Assembly: GCA_963662665.2 (NCBI GenBank)
Contig: CAXXJS010000024.1
Coordinates: forward strand, 1 to 27,081
Source: Candidatus Latescibacterota bacterium
GTDB taxonomy: Bacteria; Latescibacterota; UBA2968; GCA-2709665
Reading direction: 5' to 3'
DNA: 27,081 nucleotides
Under the pieces are notes generated by a model. It was not told where the DNA came from. It made no database searches and saw nothing but the letters and a program-made list of their open reading frames with translations. This document shows positions 17,812-27,081 of the stretch, piece by piece; the first letter of the stretch is position 1, and every line of letters begins with the position of its first letter. Both the position numbers and the translations under genes were made by a program.

Positions 17812-18774
17812 ATGAACGCGAGAATAACCAGAGATATTTCAGATCGGATGCGCCCGTCGATTATGCTGGCCGCGTGGCCGGGTATGGGAAGCGTGGGCGT
17901 TGGGGCGCTGGATTATCTGCGCCGGAAACTGGACGCGTGCCCGTTCGCGGAGATTGACATGAGTGAATACTTCGCCCCGGAGGCGGTGGTTGTGGAAAAG
18001 GGACTCGCCCGCTCGTTTTCGGATCTGCCAAGTCATGTTTTTTACTACGTAGAAGAACCCCCGTTGGTTATCTCCGAAAGCGAAGCGCAGATACCTGGCA
18101 TGGGAGGCACGGTTCTGATGGGTCACATGCTCGACCTCGCGCAGCGGTTCAAGGTGGAAACCATCTATACCGCCGCAGCCTACGCGATGCCCATCAGCCA
18201 TCACGAACCCGTTCAGGTCCTCGGCGCCGCCAACCAGGAAGCCCTGCGCGACGGGCTTGCGCAATACGGCGTTGAGATCCTTCAGGAAGGGCATATCGCC
18301 GGTCTGAACGGGCTGATGCTGGGTTCGGCCGGGCTTCGAAGTTTACGGGCGGCCTGCCTGTTGGCGACAATGCCCATGTACGCCCAGATGATGCCAAATC
18401 CCAAGGCGTCTCGGGAGATCGTTCGAGTCTGGTCAAAAATGCTGGATCTGGGTGTGGATATGTCGGAAATCGACGAGGCGGTAGAGCGTATGGACGACAC
18501 CATGTCCCAGATAGAAGAAAAGATTCGCACGACGTTCTCCACCATGGAACACGAGAACGAAGATGAAATTGAACTCGAGGAAGTGGACGAGGAACAGGTG
18601 CCTCAGGTCGTAATGGAGCGAATCGAGCGCCTGTTTGGAGAGGTCGAACACGACACAACCAAAGAGAAGGCCTCCCTGCTGAAGCGGGAACTGGACCGGT
18701 GGAACCTGTATGGGCTATACGAGGACAGGTTCCTGGGTCTCTTCCGAAAGGATACAGGCCCCAATCGCGGCTGA
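17812..18774 (+). CDS. PAC2 (proteasome assembly chaperone) family protein
   Basis: AAWPGMGSVG, EAQ, GHIAGLNGLMLG, CLLATMP and PNPKAS motifs, with an acidic linker and C-terminal helical extension. Confidence 0.8.
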   Translation: MNARITRDISDRMRPSIMLAAWPGMGSVGVGALDYLRRKLDACPFAEIDMSEYFAPEAVVVEKGLARSFSDLPSHVFYYVEEPPLVISESEAQIPGMGGTVLMGHMLDLAQRFKVETIYTAAAYAMPISHHEPVQVLGAANQEALRDGLAQYGVEILQEGHIAGLNGLMLGSAGLRSLRAACLLATMPMYAQMMPNPKASREIVRVWSKMLDLGVDMSEIDEAVERMDDTMSQIEEKIRTTFSTMEHENEDEIELEEVDEEQVPQVVMERIERLFGEVEHDTTKEKASLLKRELDRWNLYGLYEDRFLGLFRKDTGPNRG

Positions 18775-18938
18775 AGAGACGCAGCCGCCGGTCATTCCTT
18801 CGTAATCGCGTATCGATGATTCCGGAACGTGGCGAATTCCCGGCTTTATCGTCTGTACCTGAAAAAGGCGGCCGCCCTGCATTAATCTGTTGATTCCCGC
18901 CGGCGCCGGGCACGGCCGCCGCATCGCAATCCGTCACA

Positions 18939-20039
18939 ATGGTTGAACATAAGGAGACGACAGTGTATCCCGAGCCTGCCGATAGTTCCCTGTTGAAAAT
19001 CGACTTGTACAGCGATACGGCAACGAAACCCACCCGCGAAATGCGCGAGTTTATGTGTGCGGCGGAAGTTGGCGATGAGCAGCGCGGGGAAGACCCGTCG
19101 GTGAATGAACTGCAGGCGATCGTGGCCGAAATGCTGGGCAAGGAAGCCGCGTTGCTGCTGCCGTCGGGGACGATGTGCAACCAGATAGCCTTTGCCGTGC
19201 ACTGCCGCCCGGGCGATATGGTTCTGCTGGAAAGAAACGCCCACCCGCTGCATTCCGAAGCCGGCGGAGCCGCAGTCCTAGCGAGCGCGACGCTGTACCC
19301 GGTCGACGGGGTCAATGGACACTTTACGGCAGATCAGGTAGCGGAGGAAGTTCAGCCCGCGACCCGCTATTGGCCGGGCTTTCGCCTGGTGGCCGTGGAA
19401 CAGACCACAAACCGGCCGGGGGGGCGGGTATGGCCGTTGGAGCAGTTGCGGGAGGTTTGCGCAGCGTCGCATGAGCGAAACCTGCAGACCCACATGGACG
19501 GCGCAAGACTGTTCAATGCGGTTGTTGCGTCCGGGATTTCGGCACGGGATTACGCGGAAACGTTCGATTCTCTCTGGATCGATCTGAGCAAGGGCCTGGG
19601 GGCACCCATCGGGGGCGTGTTGGCCGGCTCCACCGGGTTTATCGAAGCCGCCTGGCAGTGGAAGCAACGAATCGGCGGCGCCATGCGGCAGGCGGGATTT
19701 GTCGCGGCCGCGGGAATATACGCGCTGAAACACAATATCGACCGGCTTGCAGACGACCACGCCAATGCGAGGAGGCTGGCGGTGGGCATCTCGGATGCAC
19801 CGGGTATTCAGGTGAATCCGGACGAAGTCGAAACCAATATGGTGAAATTCGACATCGGGGGAACAGGGATCAGTTCAAAGGAGTTTGCAGGCCGGCTGCT
19901 CGCCGATTGGGGCGTCCGGGTGAGCACGCCGGGTCCCGCGGCGATCCGCGCCATACCGTACCTCGGCATCAGCCGGGACGACGTCGATGAAGCCACCCGC
20001 GCGATCTGCTCGGTGGCGGAGGAGCTGGGGCGGGGTTGA
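18939..20039 (+). CDS. ltaE: Low-specificity L-threonine aldolase
   Basis: IDLYSDTATKP, VGDE..GEDPSV, PSGTMCNQ, HMDGARLFNA, LSKGLGAPIG (PLP lysine) and GGAMRQAG. Confidence 0.9.
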   Translation: MVEHKETTVYPEPADSSLLKIDLYSDTATKPTREMREFMCAAEVGDEQRGEDPSVNELQAIVAEMLGKEAALLLPSGTMCNQIAFAVHCRPGDMVLLERNAHPLHSEAGGAAVLASATLYPVDGVNGHFTADQVAEEVQPATRYWPGFRLVAVEQTTNRPGGRVWPLEQLREVCAASHERNLQTHMDGARLFNAVVASGISARDYAETFDSLWIDLSKGLGAPIGGVLAGSTGFIEAAWQWKQRIGGAMRQAGFVAAAGIYALKHNIDRLADDHANARRLAVGISDAPGIQVNPDEVETNMVKFDIGGTGISSKEFAGRLLADWGVRVSTPGPAAIRAIPYLGISRDDVDEATRAICSVAEELGRG

Positions 20040-20075
20040 TACGCTGCAAAGAACTCACTCGGAGTGTTCAATCTT

Positions 20076-20894
20076 ATGCGAATTATCGATCCTCACGTCC
20101 ACGTCTGGGTGAACGACCCCGCGTATCCCTGGGCGCCGGACAATCCGAATCCGCCCGCAGAGGATGCGACCTGCGAGATGCTGCTGGAGGAGATGGCGCG
20201 CAACGGTACGGAAAAAACCGTGCTGGTGCAGGTGATCCACTACAAATGGGACAACCGGTACGCGGGCGACTGCCTGAGAAAATATCCGGACCGCTTCGAA
20301 GGCGTCTGCCGCGTGGACCCGGAGAGTCCGGCTGCGGCGGACGACCTGAGCCGTTGGGTGGAGGAATACGGTTTCAGAGGGGTGCGGCTCAGTCCGGGCG
20401 CGGGGCCGGAGGGAGACTGGTTTACGCGGCCCGATCTGGACCGCCTGTGGCGGCGGACACGCGACTTGAACGTGCCCATGTGCATCCTGACGTCGCAGGG
20501 TCGGTTGCCGGATCTGGAGCGCTGGATTCGAAAATACGATGATGTACGGGTGTGCGTGGACCACATGGCCTGGCCGCCTGTCGATGGGACCGGCGACGCC
20601 GCGCATCTGCTTCGGCTCGCTCGTTATCCGGAGGTGTACGTGAAGATATCGGGCACCTGGGGTGTGTCTCAAGAATCGTTTCCGTACCGGGACACGCACG
20701 CAGTTGTCAGGCAGGTTTACGACGCGTTCGGCCCGGAACGGCTCATGTGGGGCACGGACTGGCCCCTTGTCGGTCGAAAGTGCGGTTATGCCGGTGCGCT
20801 GGATATCGTAAGAAAAGAACTCGCGTTTCTGAATGACACGGACCGGGAATGGATACTGGGAAAGACGGTGCTCAGGCTCTGGCCGTTCGACTGA
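20076..20894 (+). CDS. Amidohydrolase family 2 protein (L-fuconolactonase-like)
   Basis: IIDPHVHVW, FRGVRL, VDHM, YVKISG and FGPERLMWGTDWP motifs. Confidence 0.85.
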   Translation: MRIIDPHVHVWVNDPAYPWAPDNPNPPAEDATCEMLLEEMARNGTEKTVLVQVIHYKWDNRYAGDCLRKYPDRFEGVCRVDPESPAAADDLSRWVEEYGFRGVRLSPGAGPEGDWFTRPDLDRLWRRTRDLNVPMCILTSQGRLPDLERWIRKYDDVRVCVDHMAWPPVDGTGDAAHLLRLARYPEVYVKISGTWGVSQESFPYRDTHAVVRQVYDAFGPERLMWGTDWPLVGRKCGYAGALDIVRKELAFLNDTDREWILGKTVLRLWPFD

Positions 20895-20918
20895 CGGCCG
20901 GCCGTGCGGGAGGCTACC

Positions 20919-21737
20919 ATGTACAAGGTGTCGTACGACGGAACGAACAAGAAGGTCCTCTGGCAGGAGATGTGGCGCCATGAGTTCGAAGAAGCCCTCA
21001 AACACGATCCCGTGGTGATCTTGCCAACCGGATCGGTGGAACAGCACGGACCCCATTGCCCGATGGATGTGGATATCGTGGGTCCGTTTTATATGGCGGT
21101 TCGCGTGGCGCAGCGGGTGGACGATTTTCCCGTGATCGTCGCCCCGCCGATCTGGTCCGGATTCACCCACTACAACAAGGGGTTTGCGGGAACCATCAGC
21201 CTGCGGATCGAGACCTACCTGAACCTCGTCGGCGACGTCTGCCGGAGCATACACGACAACGGCTTCAAGCGCATTGTGATGGTGAACGGGCACGGGGGCA
21301 ATATGGCGCCCAACCACGTGGTTCGGGACACCATAGCGGAAGAGAACGTGTTCGTGGTGGCCTATAGCTGGTGGCAGTCGGTTGCGAACGAGATGCTCGA
21401 ATGGAGCGACGCGGACAACGGCAGCGTGGGACACGGCGGAGAGTGGGAGACATCGGTAATGCTCCATTTACGGGAGCATCTCATCGCAAAACACCTGATG
21501 AACGACGATATATTTCCAAATCCGTTCAGCGATGATCTCCGGCACTTCGGCGGGTTTTCGGAGCGCCGCAGGGATACCCGCGACGTCACGGGCACGATGG
21601 GCAGTTCCAGCGCTGCCAGCAGGGAGAAAGGCGAGCGGGTCTTCAACCTGGCTGTGAACCGCCTCGAACGCCTGGTCAGGGAGTATCACGAACAGCCGGT
21701 CAGACAGTACAGGGAATTCGGTTCGCATTGTCCGTAA
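20919..21737 (+). CDS. Creatininase family protein
   Basis: LPTGSVEQHGPHCPMDVD, FAGTISL, VNGHGGN and GHGGEWETS motifs; GGGAGG RBS. Confidence 0.9.
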   Translation: MYKVSYDGTNKKVLWQEMWRHEFEEALKHDPVVILPTGSVEQHGPHCPMDVDIVGPFYMAVRVAQRVDDFPVIVAPPIWSGFTHYNKGFAGTISLRIETYLNLVGDVCRSIHDNGFKRIVMVNGHGGNMAPNHVVRDTIAEENVFVVAYSWWQSVANEMLEWSDADNGSVGHGGEWETSVMLHLREHLIAKHLMNDDIFPNPFSDDLRHFGGFSERRRDTRDVTGTMGSSSAASREKGERVFNLAVNRLERLVREYHEQPVRQYREFGSHCP

Positions 21738-21782
21738 GAACCCAACACGGCGCGAACGGGTTTCCCACAGGAGGTCCGGGGC

Positions 21783-23399
21783 ATGTCGAATCTGCTTTAT
21801 TTTGATTGTCACGCTACTATAGGGCAGCGGCCCATGAAACATCCCCGGGTGCGCTGGTCTACGGAGCATCTCCTTGAAGATTTGGACCTGGCCGAGATTT
21901 CCGGCGCGCTGGTCACGCACGGCGTGGCCCGGAGTTACGATCCCCTGTACGGAAACCGCCGGCTGCGGGCGGAGCGGGCAAAAGCGCCTGAGCGACTGTT
22001 CACGGCGTGGTGTATCGTTCCGCTGGGAGACCCCGGTTTCTATGCCGACGGAGACGCGCTGATCGCGGCGATGGCGGAGGAGGACGTCCGGGCCGTACGC
22101 CTGATTCCGGGCGGATTCTCCATGCATCCGGAAATCGTCGGTTCCACGTTCGAGGTACTGCAACACCACGGCATCCTGACGCTGTTGGAAGTGGGTTGGG
22201 GAATGCCGGACATATTCGGGTTTTTCCACGATTTGCTGTCCCGGTACCCGCGGCTGCCGGTATTGCTGACGGACCACGTATGGAGCCAGCAGCGCCACGT
22301 CTATGCGTTGATGCAACGGCACGAGAACCTCCACCTGGAATTTTCATCCTACCAGATCAACCGGGGGATCGAGAAGTACGTGGCGGATTTTGGAGACGAG
22401 CGCCTGCTTTTCGGTACCGGAGGCACCGAAAAGTCGCCCGGCGCGGCTCGCTTTTACGTGGATTACGCGCAAATTCCGGATGCTTCCAAACGCCGGATTG
22501 CGGGTGGGAACCTGAAACGCCTGCTGAAGGGGCAGGGGCCCGTCCAATCGGCGCCTCCCTCAAGCAAGGCGGACGAAATCATGGCCGAGGCCAGGTCGGG
22601 ACGGCCCCTGTCCGTCCCGGTACTCGACGCGCATTCCCACGTGTTGCACGAAGGCGGGCAGACGGCGGGTGTGAATTACCTCATGTACGATGGCGACGCC
22701 GAGCACATGCTGGCCCTGAACGCACACTGCGGCATCGACCGGACGGCCATGATGAGCTGGAACGCGCCGGTCTGCGTGGATGCCCAGGATGGCAACGAGA
22801 TCGTCTGGCGGGCGATGCAAAGGTTCGGCGACCCGGTGATCGGCGTGGCCGTCATCGATCCAACCCATATGACGCCGGCGGAGATCGAGGCAGAGATACG
22901 CCTGAGGTATATCGAACAGGGATTCGTGGGAATGAAGCCTTACGTGCGAATGAATCTGAACTATGAGCATGACGGATTTACGCCCTGGTGGGAGTTCGGC
23001 AACGAGCACAGCCTGTACGCGTTGATGCACGTGGCCGGTCACACGGGCGGGGTGGTCGGCATCGGACGGCTGGCGGACCGGTTCCCGGAGGTGAGCTGGC
23101 TGATCGCGCACGCGGGCGGGAGTTATCCGTTCGCGGAAGAGGTGGCCGCGTGTATCCGGGATCACCCCAACGTGTACGCGGAGATTACGCTCACCCCCGT
23201 CACGAACCGCGTCGTGGAGTTTCTGGTAGCGGCAACGGACGAGGACCACGTGCTGTTCGGCACGGACGCCCCCATGAGAGACCCGCGGCAGCAACTCGGA
23301 TGGGCGGTATGGACGGCGTTGCCCGTGGACGTGAAAATGAAGGTTCTGGGCGGGAATTTCCAGCGGATACTGGATCGGGTGACGTTGCCTCGTGCGTGA
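21783..23399 (+). CDS. Two-domain amidohydrolase (tandem TIM barrels)
   Basis: N domain: FDCHAT ... RLLFGTG ... IAGGNLKRLL. C domain: LDAHSH ... LIAHAGG ... VLFGTDAP ... VLGGNFQRIL. Confidence 0.85.
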   Translation: MSNLLYFDCHATIGQRPMKHPRVRWSTEHLLEDLDLAEISGALVTHGVARSYDPLYGNRRLRAERAKAPERLFTAWCIVPLGDPGFYADGDALIAAMAEEDVRAVRLIPGGFSMHPEIVGSTFEVLQHHGILTLLEVGWGMPDIFGFFHDLLSRYPRLPVLLTDHVWSQQRHVYALMQRHENLHLEFSSYQINRGIEKYVADFGDERLLFGTGGTEKSPGAARFYVDYAQIPDASKRRIAGGNLKRLLKGQGPVQSAPPSSKADEIMAEARSGRPLSVPVLDAHSHVLHEGGQTAGVNYLMYDGDAEHMLALNAHCGIDRTAMMSWNAPVCVDAQDGNEIVWRAMQRFGDPVIGVAVIDPTHMTPAEIEAEIRLRYIEQGFVGMKPYVRMNLNYEHDGFTPWWEFGNEHSLYALMHVAGHTGGVVGIGRLADRFPEVSWLIAHAGGSYPFAEEVAACIRDHPNVYAEITLTPVTNRVVEFLVAATDEDHVLFGTDAPMRDPRQQLGWAVWTALPVDVKMKVLGGNFQRILDRVTLPRA

Positions 23400-23453
23400 G
23401 CGCGACGCCGAACACACGGTGAAGACCCACGCTGAAGGAGAGAATCCGGAGTT

Positions 23454-24527
23454 ATGGACAGGTTACGAGTGGCTCTATTCGGGCTGACGCACCCTCACGC
23501 TCTCGCGCACCTGAAGACGTTGCAGTTGTCCGATATGGTGCGCGGAATCGTGTTGTACGACGACGACGCGCGGGCTGTTGCGGAAGTTCAATCGACGATG
23601 GGAAACAAGGTCGAAGGGGGGTACCACAACCTGGATGAGATGCTGGATGGGGAGTCCTTCGACGTGGGAATTGCGGACTTTCAGAATCACCTGAACGGGG
23701 CGCTCTGCCTCAGGCTCATTGAGAAGGGCGTCCACGTGATCAGCGAGAAGCCGATTACCAATTCCTCGGCCGAACTGTCGCGTATTGTGGACGCCGCGGC
23801 GCAGGCGGACGTGAAACTGGGCGTGATGTACCAGAACAGGTACCATCCGGTCGCCCGGGAGGCGCGCCGTCTGGTGGAGGACGGCGTCATCGGGCGGGTC
23901 ACCGGGTGTGAGGCCAGGATGATTACGTCACAGGTCAAATTCAGAAATCCCGGTCACTGGTTGTTCGACAGGCGGAAAGCGGGCGGCGGGATTCTCACCT
24001 GGCTGGGATGTCACTATATCGATCTGTTTCGTTACGTCCTGGACGACGACGTGGTGGAGGTATCCGCGATTGCCGATACCCTTAGCGGTGAAGACATCGA
24101 CGTGGAAGACGTGGCGTCACTTGCGTTCAGGTTCGGAAAGGGCGCCATTGGCAGCCTGCACGCGGGGTATCAGCTTGCGATGAGTATCCCCGGATATTCC
24201 GGCGCCACGTACGACACCTACGTGGGCTTTCGCGGTACCGAAGGAAGGGTGTACTGGAATCCTGTCGACAGACCGCCGGTATTGCACGCCGAAAGCGCGA
24301 CCGCGGGATGGCGCGCCTCACCGGTACGCTCGTTTAACTACGCGTTGCCGGAGCTGGACTGTTACGGAGGCGCGTTCGGACTTGCGTTCCTGGAACGGTT
24401 TTTCCATTCCGTGAACGGAGACGGCGAGCCGCCTGCAACCGGCGAAGACGCGCTCAGGGTGGCCGGGATAATCGAGGCGGCATACGCGTCCAGCCAGACC
24501 GGCCGCCGGGTCGCAATCACTTCCTGA
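23454..24527 (+). CDS. Gfo/Idh/MocA family oxidoreductase
   Basis: HVISEKPI, GGGILTWLGCHYIDL, DVED and IIEAAYAS motifs. Confidence 0.88.
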   Translation: MDRLRVALFGLTHPHALAHLKTLQLSDMVRGIVLYDDDARAVAEVQSTMGNKVEGGYHNLDEMLDGESFDVGIADFQNHLNGALCLRLIEKGVHVISEKPITNSSAELSRIVDAAAQADVKLGVMYQNRYHPVAREARRLVEDGVIGRVTGCEARMITSQVKFRNPGHWLFDRRKAGGGILTWLGCHYIDLFRYVLDDDVVEVSAIADTLSGEDIDVEDVASLAFRFGKGAIGSLHAGYQLAMSIPGYSGATYDTYVGFRGTEGRVYWNPVDRPPVLHAESATAGWRASPVRSFNYALPELDCYGGAFGLAFLERFFHSVNGDGEPPATGEDALRVAGIIEAAYASSQTGRRVAITS

Positions 24528-24548
24528 GCCCGGTGCTCCGGGAAAATC

Positions 24549-25379
24549 GTGAACGATTCCAATGAAATGAAGACATTGGCCGGCGAACCGGTCCGGCCGC
24601 TGGGCCTTGCCGGCGCCCCCGACTCGCAAAGCGAATTTGCATCCGTCGCTCACGGGTCCGGGGTGAATTTCTTTTTCTTTTATGGCCTGCACTTTGACGG
24701 AATGGTGGACGGCGTGAACCGGCTGTTGCGTCAGCGTCGGGACGAGGTCTTCGTCGCTACCGGGACGGAGTCCCGCGATCCGTCTCAGATGCGGGACTAT
24801 CTGGACGCTGTGCGCAGGGCGCTGGACGTGGATACGATTGACCTGTTCTTCGCCGAGTACGTGTCGCCAGCGGACAATATTCAGGACGTACTGGGAAAGG
24901 GCGGCGCGATCGACCAAATCTGGAAGTGGAAGAACGACGGAAACGTCCGCTACGTTGGCGCAACCGCGCATAGCAGGCCGCTTTCCGTCAACCTCGTCCA
25001 GAGCGGTCGGGTCCAGGTCTTGATGCATCGGTACAATATGGCGCACCGGAAGTCGGAGCGGGAGGTGTTGCCCGCGGCCATCGACGCCGGCGTACCCGTT
25101 GTCGCGTTCACCTGTACGCGCTGGGGATCGCTGCTTGAGGGACACGCCGATTGGCCGGGGCAGACGCCCACCGCGGCGGATTGTTACCGGTTTGTTCTGA
25201 GGCACCCCGCCGTCCGACTGGCGTTGACCGCGCCGGCAACGGAAAACCAGCTACGACGAAATCTCACGGTACTGACGGAGCCACGCGAACCGCCCCCGGA
25301 AGAGATGTCCACCTGGAAGGCATACGGCGACCTGGTCTATGGTGATGGCGCCGATGCATTTGAAACCCGTTGGCCTTAA
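24549..25379 (+). CDS. Aldo/keto reductase-fold protein (atypical catalytic residues)
   Basis: RALDVDTIDLFF, GNVRYVGATAH, MHRYN, GVPVVA and YRFVLRHPAV match the AKR layout; start is GTG 24549 or ATG 24567. Confidence 0.75.
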   Translation: MNDSNEMKTLAGEPVRPLGLAGAPDSQSEFASVAHGSGVNFFFFYGLHFDGMVDGVNRLLRQRRDEVFVATGTESRDPSQMRDYLDAVRRALDVDTIDLFFAEYVSPADNIQDVLGKGGAIDQIWKWKNDGNVRYVGATAHSRPLSVNLVQSGRVQVLMHRYNMAHRKSEREVLPAAIDAGVPVVAFTCTRWGSLLEGHADWPGQTPTAADCYRFVLRHPAVRLALTAPATENQLRRNLTVLTEPREPPPEEMSTWKAYGDLVYGDGADAFETRWP

Positions 25380-25392
25380 GGCCGGAGTATTT

Positions 25393-26160
25393 ATGAACCC
25401 ATTACGCCTGTTGTTGACAGGGCTGTTGGTGACGGCGTGCAGCCCGGGCGCTAAAAATCCGCCGGCGGACGGCTTCGACTCAGCCGGTTCGGATGCCAGG
25501 GCGATCGAGATAGCCGACGCCGTGATGAGGAAAATGGGCGGGCGGGAGAACTGGGACCGCACGCGGTATCTCACATGGAGATTCTTCGGCCGGAGGTTAC
25601 ACGTCTGGGACCGGTGGACCGGCGACGTCCGCTTCGAAGAGGCCGGTCGTGTCACCCTGATGAACGTCCATAGCAGGGAAGGGCGGGTCTGGAATGGCGG
25701 TGAGGAGATCGCTTCGCCGGATTCTACGGAGAAATATCTCAACAGGGGTTACCGCGCCTGGATAAACGACTCATATTGGCTGGTGATGCCATATAAATTG
25801 AAGGACTCGGGCGTAACGCTGAAGTACGCCGGCGAGGACAAGACCGAAAATGGGCGTGACGCGCATGTACTGACACTGACCTTCGACAGCGTGGGTGTGA
25901 CGCCGCAGAACAAATACGACGTCTACGTCGACAAGGAGCGGATGCTGGTTGAACAGTGGGCATTCTACCGAAACGCTTCAGATGAGAGGCCGCGCTTTAC
26001 CGGCCCGTGGACCAGCTGGAAGCCGCACGGAAGGATCCTGCTCTCCGCCGGGCGCGGCACAAGAGCACATTCCGACGTGGCGGTTTTCAATGACCTGCCG
26101 CGCGCCGTGTTCGAAAGCCCGGAACCCGTGGATATGATGGCGTACGTAAAAGCCAGGTGA
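25393..26160 (+). CDS. Hypothetical lipoprotein
   Basis: GGAG RBS; signal MNPLRLLLTGLLVTA-C with lipobox; WINDSYWLVMPYKL and GVTPQNKY look like conserved-family motifs. Confidence 0.75.
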   Translation: MNPLRLLLTGLLVTACSPGAKNPPADGFDSAGSDARAIEIADAVMRKMGGRENWDRTRYLTWRFFGRRLHVWDRWTGDVRFEEAGRVTLMNVHSREGRVWNGGEEIASPDSTEKYLNRGYRAWINDSYWLVMPYKLKDSGVTLKYAGEDKTENGRDAHVLTLTFDSVGVTPQNKYDVYVDKERMLVEQWAFYRNASDERPRFTGPWTSWKPHGRILLSAGRGTRAHSDVAVFNDLPRAVFESPEPVDMMAYVKAR

Positions 26161-26359
26161 CGATCGGCCGCACAGATGTCGTGATCCATTAACTGCAATG
26201 GCAAATCGGATAACGAATATTGGCCCGTCGCTCAGCGAGGGCTTTTCTATTGGGGGTTCGCCGCCAGGCGAAAATTCAGGCGCATTCTGCCACGATTTGC
26301 GTCGACCCCTATTCGTGAAAAACCGTGCGACGATTCGTTGACAGCGGGGGTTCCCATTC

Positions 26360-26388
26360 TTGACTTGCCTGGTCGATATGCTTATGTT
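26360..26388 (+). promoter_or_regulatory. Putative sigma70 promoter for the last gene
   Basis: TTGACT (26360-26365), 17-bp spacer, TATGTT (26383-26388). Confidence 0.4.
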
Positions 26389-26548
26389 TCGAAGGCTATT
26401 TACAACCGACCGGGCGCCGTTCGCGTGAACGCCGGCTGACAGAGATCCTTTAACTGAGGCCGTCGGGTTCAAAATCCGCCTCACGGAACGGCCTCGTCAA
26501 TCGCACGAATAAAAATAGCAGGGATAACCAACTAAAAGGAGGGTGACC

Positions 26549-27081
26549 ATGCGCTTCCTGGTACGATGCATTGTTATTGGAATGCCGCTGCTGTTTCCGG
26601 CCTTCGCATATGCGCAATTGATGCCGCCGGATGCCGAGAAGCCGAAGGCAGAAGGCGGCGATCCGGTCGGTGCGTGGATGGCGGACTCGACGGCGTTGCC
26701 CGTCTGGGTCGATCCCAAGATCCTGGCCGTGATTTCGGACATCACCATGGACGGTACGGTATCCGGTACGCTGAACCTTGATGTCGATTCGGGGACCTAC
26801 GCCGCGGATTACGCGTCATCGGTCAATGTTGATTTGTTTGCATCCGTACTCGGAACGAACATCGAACTCGATAGTACATTTGTCGTGCCAAGGAAACAGG
26901 AAGGCACCTTCGAAATCAAGGATTCCGACCTGATTCTGGAACATACTCCCGAGGATGCTGATGAAGCGGTACGGGATACGCTTGGATTTTCCGTCAGGCA
27001 GGATTCGCTGTTTATACTACAGGCCGTGCCGCTTGGCCAATATTCCAGTTTTCTGCCATTACTTGGGGCCGAGGGGCCCGT
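26549..27081 (+). CDS. Hypothetical secreted protein, 3'-truncated by the window edge (not in the ORF track)
   Basis: AAGGAGGGT RBS; MRFLVRCIVIGMPLLFPAFAYA|QLMPP... Sec signal; frame stays open to the end and is acidic and beta-strand-like. Confidence 0.8.
   Translation, partial: MRFLVRCIVIGMPLLFPAFAYAQLMPPDAEKPKAEGGDPVGAWMADSTALPVWVDPKILAVISDITMDGTVSGTLNLDVDSGTYAADYASSVNVDLFASVLGTNIELDSTFVVPRKQEGTFEIKDSDLILEHTPEDADEAVRDTLGFSVRQDSLFILQAVPLGQYSSFLPLLGAEGP

Noticed and set aside
20055-21467. Long antisense ORFs (470 aa here; also 18194-19315, 21468-22334, 22560-23417, 24318-25205)
   Set aside because: They lie opposite well-supported genes and are expected from high-GC codon bias.
26440-26486. 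tRNA-like stretch (CTTTAAC...GGGTTCAAAATCC)
   Set aside because: The T-loop has an extra base, and there is no acceptor stem, D arm or CCA.

Overview
GC-rich bacterial chromosomal segment. The DUF6785/6784-type membrane proteins, many Gfo/Idh/MocA and amidohydrolase paralogs, and PAC2 suggest a Latescibacteria/Poribacteria/Gemmatimonadota-like lineage (inference only). In order: 5'-truncated threonine synthase and a hypothetical gene followed by a 126-bp MITE-like element; hpnCDE squalene genes (- strand) divergent from cobO/btuR; phosphosulfolactate synthase (comA) coupled to an M14 peptidase-fold protein with altered catalytic motifs; a 2 x ~132-bp tandem repeat; an apparently intact group II intron (8271-10245) with an RT/maturase; then a long + strand run of genes (sugar-phosphate epimerase, two tandem paralogous membrane proteins, MDR and Gfo/Idh/MocA oxidoreductases, PAC2, threonine aldolase, amidohydrolases, creatininase, atypical aldo/keto reductase, lipoprotein, 3'-truncated secreted protein). 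Most notable: the intron splits a putative sigma70 promoter and a 10-bp inverted repeat, and its own 3' end provides a correctly spaced substitute -35 box. All calls come from reading motifs by eye; no database searches were run.
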